The notes under the pieces: generated by a model
What the model was told of the DNA's origin: nothing
Seen by the model: only the letters and a program-made list of their open reading frames with translations
The model's database searches: none
In this document: positions 9,371-15,442 of the stretch, piece after piece
Position numbering within the stretch: position 1 is the first letter of the stretch
Layout: each line of letters opens with the position of its first letter
Program-made: the position numbers and the translations under genes
NCBI RefSeq assembly: GCF_006345805.1
Contig: NW_021825483.1
Span: 1-15,442 of the forward strand
Length of the DNA: 15,442 nucleotides
Direction of reading: 5' to 3'
Source: Octopus sinensis
Taxonomy: Eukaryota

Positions 9371-9420
9371 GTGTGTGTGTGCGTGCGTGCGCGCGCGCGT
9401 GTGTGTGTGTGTGTGTGTGT
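9371..9420. repeat. Alternating purine-pyrimidine tract (TG)n-(GC)n-(TG)n
   Basis: gtgtgtgtgtgcgtgcgtgcgcgcgcgcgtgtgt..., 50 nt. Confidence 0.95.
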
Positions 9421-9945
9421 CCTGAACCTGTAACATCCACATTAAGGTCCAACTCATTCATCCATTTGGTCGTTTCCATTCTACTTGTCTCCTTGCCTCT
9501 CCAATGATTATTTTTGTGGACACTTTATCCTACTACAATGTCTACCCACCCCACTGCATTTAACGTGATGAAGTCCATTATGCGTTTCTTCTTCTTTTCT
9601 GTATTTCCTCGATGTTTGCTTCATCATTGCACTATTCAATTCGTTGGTGATGGTCACAAAACAGAGACACACAGACAGCTGCGGTTAGTCACATGACTCA
9701 CGAAATAGCAATTAACTGACCTGGATATGAGATAGTTTTTAACAACAGAGGGAAACCAGCAGTAAACAATGTACACTGACCTTTGACATTCCGAGAAAGT
9801 GGAGGTGTCAAAGTAGTTATATAATTAAATAAATATGCTGGGTCATTTAGGTTATTACTAATGGCATTGCTCTTTGATTTCAGACATTGGCAGTTCAGAA
9901 AATTACATTCGGGTGCTGGATATTTACAACATAACAGCTCTTCAA

Positions 9946-10040
9946 TCTCTCTCTCCCTCTCTCCCCTTCTCTCTCTCTCCCTCACACACACAAACACACA
10001 CACACACAAACACGCACAGACAAAAAGACACATACACATA
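9946..10040. repeat. (CT)n-(CA)n compound microsatellite
   Basis: Direct reading. Confidence 0.9.
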
Positions 10041-10094
10041 ACTCTCTTTACTTTTCCCTTCAATTTTTTTGTCCAACTAGCTCCTGATTTGTTA

Positions 10095-10305
10095 ATTCGT
10101 TTCTACTCTAGGTACAAGGCCCGAAAGTTAGGGGGGGGCTAGTCAAGTGGATCGACACCGGTGTGCAACTGGTACTTAATTTATCGACCTCGAAAGGATG
10201 AAAGGCAAAGTCAATCTAGGTGGAATTTGAACACAGAACCTAAAGACAGACGACACACCGCTAAGCATTTCGCCCGGCGAGCTAACGTTTCTGCCAGCAC
10301 GCCGG
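10095..10305 (-). mobile_element. tRNA-derived SINE, family B, near full-length copy (e)
   Basis: The minus strand reads CGGCGTGCTGGCAGAAACGTTAGC (A-box-like) ... GTGTTCAAATTCC (B-box-like) ... GCCTTTCATCCTTTCGAGGTCGATAAATTAAGTACCAG ... GGGCCTTGTACCTAGAGTAGAAA. It is homologous to copies f and g. Confidence 0.92.
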
Positions 10306-10344
10306 CTCTCCAGGTTTGTTTATCATAATTGCTTTTGTATTACA

Positions 10345-10371
10345 TTATATGTATATATACATACATGTATG

Positions 10372-10458
<87 letters not shown>

Positions 10459-10779
10459 TATATATACATATATATATACATATATATATACATATATATA
10501 TATACATATATATATTATATATATACATATATATATTATATATATATTGTGTGTGTGTGTGTATAATATACATACATACATGCATACATACATACATACA
10601 TACATGCATACATATATACATACATACATACATACATACATACTACATGCATGCATACATACATACCTACATACATGCATGCATACATACATACATACAT
10701 ACATACATACATACATACATACATACATACATGCATACATGCATACATACATACATACATACATACATACATACATACA

Positions 10780-10815
<36 letters not shown>

Positions 10816-10835
10816 CATATATATTTATATTATGT
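10345..10835. repeat. Large compound (TA)n/(TATACA)n/(TG)n/(TACA)n microsatellite
   Basis: About 490 nt of simple repeats. This is the source of all the YI/HT-repeat ORFs in the track. Confidence 0.98.
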
Positions 10836-10873
10836 ATATATATTCATTCCATTACAAGAACAGAGTTGAGAAT

Positions 10874-10964
10874 GAGTGATTTCGAAGTTTCGGTACCGCC
10901 AGCCTACGGAGGGTTGGCAGTTCGATGAAGACTTGCAAATCGAAACCTTGAAGTCACTCTCGCC
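10874..10964 (+). other. Imperfect hairpin containing a degenerate type-I hammerhead-ribozyme-like motif
   Basis: Arms 10874-10892 and 10941-10959 are reverse complements at 16/19. The motif is tcGATGA-A-GAC-ttgcaa-ATC-GAAAC-cttgaa-GTC. The core C3U4 is altered. Confidence 0.4.
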
Positions 10965-11084
10965 TTTCTCCATGTAACAGGATAATGAAGATGTACTTTA
11001 CAAACAGTATTGAGTTACTCTTTAGTTTCATCTAAAACCATTTTTGTTATGACTCAATATTAAAAAAAATACGCAGTTATAGGA

Positions 11085-11170
11085 TGTAAGTATGTACGTA
11101 TCTATATATGTGTAAGTATATATGTATGTATGTATGTATATATGTATGTATATATGTACGTATGTATATA
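11085..11170. repeat. (TATG)n/(TA)n degenerate microsatellite
   Basis: Direct reading. Confidence 0.9.
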
Positions 11171-11225
11171 TTAAGTTGGTGCATAATTAGTGTGGCTTTT
11201 TTTTTGTCAAATTTTATTCAACAAA
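11171..11225 (-). mobile_element. Solo mariner terminal inverted repeat (probably the 3' end of a minus-strand element)
   Basis: TA|TTAAGTTGGTGCATAATTAGTGTGGC resembles the Hsmar1/MADE1-type TIR TTAGGTTGGTGCAAAAGTAATTGCGG and is preceded by a TA target. A minus-strand AATAAA lies inside. There is no second TIR and no transposase in the window. Confidence 0.75.
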
Positions 11226-11246
11226 GCCGTTTTTCTCACGTGTTCT

Positions 11247-11327
11247 GGATCTTTTCGGTTTGAACGGCAGTTTTTAACATAATTTCTAGGTAACTAAAGC
11301 ATTTTAAACTTCGTATACTGGTAGAAT
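11247..11327. mobile_element. Truncated end of a non-autonomous DNA transposon (MITE-like)
   Basis: GGATCTTTTCGGTTTGAACGGCAGTTTTT... is a terminal sequence I recall from an abundant Octopus repeat (recall, not searched). The partner end is absent. Confidence 0.55.
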
Positions 11328-11976
11328 ATTTTAGCCACACTTTAGTGGCTACGTATTTATGTATATGTATATATTCGTTTTCTCATTAGATTTTTTCTTG
11401 TTTGCAGATACGTAAATATATTATTTTTAGGGATTCATTGTAACTTGATAAAACACACCATTGAAAAATAACTGAGAAAATATCTGCAACATGGCTGGGG
11501 TGTTCTGAGCGGGTGAAGGAGGTAGTGAAAAACTACGCAATGAGCTTCGTTGTGAATGATATGATCTGACATGGCGAATATTTATGGCACAATAAAACCG
11601 TTTGTGACAACCAGCTTGTTTGCAAAGAGCGGATATTTCAATGTAGGATTTGAAAGGGAAAGAAATCTCTGCTAAAAAATAGATGGATCTTCATTCCAAT
11701 GAAATAAAAAAAAGTTCAAGCTTGAAAAAGAACTCACAGAATCCAGTCGCTGAAATAGATTGTTTAAAGCACCGACTATGATCCAAAAGAACGAATATGA
11801 GACTGTGACGAGAGAAGCTTGCGAGTTCGATCATATAAAATAGCCTTTATATGTCTGGAAGAATCATCGACTGGGAGCGGATAGAGATTGACCTGTTCGT
11901 TTAGACATTAATCCTTTAATCAAGTTCACGCTTAATCAGTTCAAAAGGTATGACACAGGTAAAAGAACTACAAAAT

Positions 11977-12112
11977 ACTTTCCAATTTTGACACAAGGCC
12001 AGCAATTTTGAGAGTAGATGGCTTGTCGATGTAATCGAACCCTGCACTCAACTGGTCCTTTTTTTATTGGTCATTAAAGGGGTGATCTCGACGGCAGAGC
12101 GGAAGACAGAAT
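11977..12112 (-). mobile_element. SINE family B, degraded 3' part (f)
   Basis: tttccaattttgacacaaggccagcaatttt...gtcgatgtaatcgaaccc...caactggtcctt is the reverse complement of the 3' half of copy g. Confidence 0.75.
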
Positions 12113-12758
12113 TTTAACCAATTCTATAATTCTTATGAAGTTGAGTCAACGTCACGCTTCATTTCTTCTCCCTTCGCCTTCCTTTAATTCTCTCAGCCAG
12201 TAATCCAATCCACTTTCCTCAAACATCTTTCGTGATTTTACTTTTAAATCATATTTTCTTTTCCCCACTCCCTCCACCATGTCTCTTACGATTAACATCT
12301 ATCCTCTCCCTTAATTCTTTTTGTATTTCTGTGAGTTTCTTTCTCTTCCCGCTTCTCCCCCTAACATTTCTCTCTTGTAATCTTGTTTCTGTATCAACAA
12401 TATAAATGAAAGAAAACACAGTAAAGAGATCGAACGAATATAAACACGAGTGGGCCCCAGATATAAAATATAGGGAGTAAAAAGACTGCTCAATCAATAA
12501 CACTTAAGCAATTAATAGAAAAAACTTCCTCTGCGATGTTTAACAAAGACAAGGGAGATAAATCCAACGCGCCGAGTTGATTGAAATGTTCAAATATTCT
12601 AGTTTCTTTGAAAGCAACTGGTTAAAGTAATAGATGTGTTTCACGACAGGATTGGCATTGATTACAAAATATCGACAGAAAAATCAATAACGATGGACAA
12701 AAAATCAAATACAAAGAGAAACGAGGGACATTCACTGCTACCAGCATGTTGACGCCTT

Positions 12759-12912
12759 GTCTTCATGTTTCAAGTTCAAATTCCACCAAGGCCGCATTAG
12801 CCTTTCATTTTTTCGGGATCGATAAAGTAAGTACTAATTGAGCTCTTGGGTCGATGAAATCGACTTATTCACATCCACCAAACTTGCTGGCTTTGTGCCA
12901 GAATTTGAAACC
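12759..12912 (+). mobile_element. SINE family B, 5'-eroded copy (g)
   Basis: aagttcaaattccaccaagg (B-box-like), gcctttcattttttcgggatcgataaagtaagtact, gggtcgatgaaatcgact, gctggctttgtgccagaatttgaaacc. Confidence 0.85.
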
Positions 12913-13102
12913 GATGAGTGGGACAAAGTTATGAGTCGGACAAAGTTATAAAGGGATAGGTATACAGTAAAAGTATGTTTCGAGCATAACCCTTCGTCTG
13001 ATATACGGAGAAAACTGGGCGGAAGAGGAAAACGAACGGAGTAAAAGAGAAAAGTCTGAGCCAAGAGAAAATGTATGTGGGTATCTTAAAATGTTCGAGC
13101 TA

Positions 13103-13105
<3 letters not shown>

Positions 13106-13152
<47 letters not shown>

Positions 13153-13168
13153 ATTCTCTCTCTTTCTC
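13106..13168. repeat. (CT)n polypyrimidine microsatellite
   Basis: Direct reading. Confidence 0.97.
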
Positions 13169-13203
13169 TATCGCATAACTTGCATCTAGAATGCCCTTTT
13201 ATA

Positions 13204-14270
13204 GATGTAGAATTATACAGTGATGACGGTCTTATCGTCACCCGTACTATGAACGGCTATGAACTAGATAGACTCAGGAAGAATCTTATTACTTTCTTCC
13301 AGAGAATGTGCTTACGGATAACGATAGAAAGTAACTTTAAAGATGTCGACTTTTTTAGATATTAACTTAGATTTACAATTAGAAAAATTGAAACCCTACC
13401 GAAAGCCTAATGAAAAGCTGCTTTATATTAACAAAGAGTCTAATCATCCACCCGTAATCCTTAAGAATCTAGTTAGTATTACAGGAAGGCGCATATTGAC
13501 TATATCTTCAGACAGGACAGCGTTTCAAAACGCTACGCCGTTTTATAATAATGCATTAAAAAACATTCGCTTCTCGGAGAAGATCCAGAGTAGCCAAAAC
13601 TTAACTAACAATAATAGAGCACGTAGGACTAGAACTAAGTAAGTTTTGTGGTTTAATCCGACATTTAACACTGCCGCAAAAATCATGCAGAACGCAGCAG
13701 GATATGGGTAGGGAATTTTTAAAACTAGTTTCTAAGCACTTTTAAGCGAACCGTAAGTTCCAAAAGATTTTTTCATAGAACTCTGAATGTCAGCTATTCT
13801 AGATGCAAGAACTTCGCCTCTTATTAACCAGCAGAACAAGAAAAGTTTTAGGAGTAACCAGAGTGCCAGCCATAATAATTAGAAGAATTGTAATTGTAAA
13901 GACCAAAGGAAAATGTCTCGAGAAAGGAATAGTATATAGTGCTAGGGTGCAAGACATATACAAGGGGCCACGGAAAATTCCTTCAAGACAAGACTATATT
14001 CCGATCGAAATTCAACGAATTTCACTAAAAATGTCTGGCAGTTGAAAGAAAATAACACTCATCCTTTTTAAATAGACTGGACAATCATGCAGAAAGCAGC
14101 AGGATATAAACATAGGGGCCCAATGTGGTGCAATTCAATTTGTGCCTCACTGAAAAATGTTGCCTCCTTTTCCAGGATAAATGCGCCCTGAACCAAGGTT
14201 GGAGATTTTAAATTCCTGTAGATACGCCAAAGAGTATAAAATGTCGACCGAAAAATTACCGTACTTGTAA
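13204..14270 (+). mobile_element. Decayed Penelope-like retroelement (Neptune/Nematis-type architecture): RT C-terminus/thumb, Cys linker, GIY-YIG endonuclease; pseudogenised
   Basis: RT motif LYSDDGL (YSDD at 13216-13227) is followed by VDF-LDI, PYRKPNEKLLYINKESNHPP, VLWFNPTF (13643-), GREFLKLVSKHF, VSYS and CNC..GKCL. Endonuclease motifs are GIVY (13926-13937), YTGATENSFKTRLY, VWQLKE, IDWTIMQKA, LCLTEK, LNQ and SCRY. There are multiple stops (e.g. TAA 13640-13642) and frameshifts. Confidence 0.92.
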
Positions 14271-14954
14271 CGTTGTTCTTCGCATTTGAATTCGATTTTC
14301 TTCACAAAAAACTGGAGCCATTTTGTCTAAAATTCATTTTTACATCTTCGCCTTTCAAGAAAACCTTCGACTGGATGTAAACTACATATTTTATCTTCAT
14401 TATTTTATTGTAACTTTCCCTTTTAAACACACCTTTTATAACCACATGAAAGTTTCCTTACAACGAATTTAGCCCAACGAATCTTTCAAAGTTGGTTTTG
14501 AATGCACACATAAAAAGGGAAAAAGGGAATCCACCATCGCCCAAAATAGTGTTTTGTAGATATTGAACACCCGAATGGATTTTTTAATAATCTTTTTATT
14601 TATTTTTATTTATTATCTTATTTCTTTACTATTATTTCTTAACTATTTTATTATAATTCTATTTATTTATCATTCTTATTATTCTGGTTAATAAGGCAGG
14701 AATGCTGAGAGAACGCAGAACATTTCTGTCTCGCTTTTGGCTAAAATTTCACAGTTTTTTTTTTATTTTGAAACCTCTGTAAATTTTCCTCCAATTATTT
14801 TCTCCACAACATCGTAGCTTCATAGCAATGAGACTGGAAGACTACATTAGTATAGCCGACTTTCAGATTTTTTTACTTCCTTTTAAAAAAATGCATATTT
14901 TGCGAATCAGTGTGACTAGATCCATTCTTCTTATTAAAGCCGCAAAATATTGAC

Positions 14955-15442
14955 AGCATGTCAACAGCAGCCACAACAAACACCAGCATCAAGATCGATA
15001 ATGAAGAGATCGAAGTGGTTGATGATTTCATCTTCCTTGGCACCAAAATAAATCGAGATGGTAACTGCACTCCAGAAATAAGACGGCGGATAGTACTAGG
15101 CAGAGAGGCAATGGTCAGCATGAGCAGGGTCTGGAAGAGTAGAGACATCAGACTCGCTACCAAATGCAGACTGGTGAATGCAATTGTCTTCCCAATAGCA
15201 ACATATGGATGCGAGACCTGGACACTAAAGAAAGCTGACCAAAAGAGAATTAATGCATTCGAGCTTTGGTGTTGGAGAAGACTTTTACGGATTCCATGGA
15301 CAGCGAGGCTCACCAATGGAGAAGTTCTTAAGCAGATCAGGCCGAAAATGTCACTAGAAGCTAGGATCACCAAGCATAGATTGGCATATTTTGGTCATAT
15401 TATGAGGAGAAAATCCCTGGAGAAGGACATCATGCTCGGAAT
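14955..15442 (+). mobile_element. 5'-truncated RTE-clade (BovB-like) LINE; uninterrupted post-RT ORF segment running off the window
   Basis: The frame from 14958 reads MSTAATTNTSIKIDNEEIEVVDDFIFLGTKINRDGNCTPEIRRRIVLGREAMVSMSRVWKSRDIRLATKCRLVNAIVFPIATYGCETWTLKKADQKRINAFELWCWRRLLRIPWTARLTNGEVLKQIRPKMSLEARITKHRLAYFGHIMRRKSLEKDIMLG, 161 codons with no stop. It carries the BovB/RTE hallmarks DFIFLG, YGCE(S/T)WT, AFELWCWRRLLR.PWTAR and YFGH.MRR. Confidence 0.96.

Noticed and set aside
9440-9620. Possible decayed RTE C-terminus on the minus strand
   Set aside because: Only vague resemblance (R/K-rich stretch, WM.E); no consistent frame or diagnostic motif.
10316-10928. Seven overlapping ORFs up to 199 aa
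   Set aside because: All derive from the (TA)n/(TACA)n array and have no coding signal.
11400-11800. Possible mariner transposase next to the TIR
   Set aside because: No WVPHEL, YSPDL or HTH motifs were found in any frame I read.
14873-15373. 166-aa minus-strand ORF
   Set aside because: It is the antisense shadow of the plus-strand RTE ORF.
1-15442. CRISPR array, operon or prokaryotic defence system
   Set aside because: The sequence is eukaryotic repeat-rich DNA with no regularly spaced repeat-spacer units and no prokaryotic genes.

Overview
This is AT-rich, microsatellite-dense eukaryotic DNA with no recognisable host protein-coding gene. It looks intronic or intergenic. The SINE families, the compound (TA)n/(CA)n/(TATG)n tracts and the transposon set match what I recognise from octopod cephalopod (Octopus-type) genomes; this taxon call is inference. 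The window contains at least 7 copies of two tRNA-derived SINE families, several in inverted pairs, and a ~360-bp near-perfect fold-back palindrome with a 6-nt loop. It also holds a ~90-nt hairpin containing a degenerate hammerhead-ribozyme-like core, a solo mariner TIR abutting a MITE-like end, and a decayed Penelope-like element (RT C-terminus plus GIY-YIG endonuclease). At the right edge is a 5'-truncated BovB-like RTE LINE with an open frame, which the ORF track missed because it runs off the window. Almost all supplied ORFs are microsatellite or antisense artefacts. I found no clear new biological system; the best leads are structured-RNA or dsRNA candidates and a probable SINE-LINE partnership.
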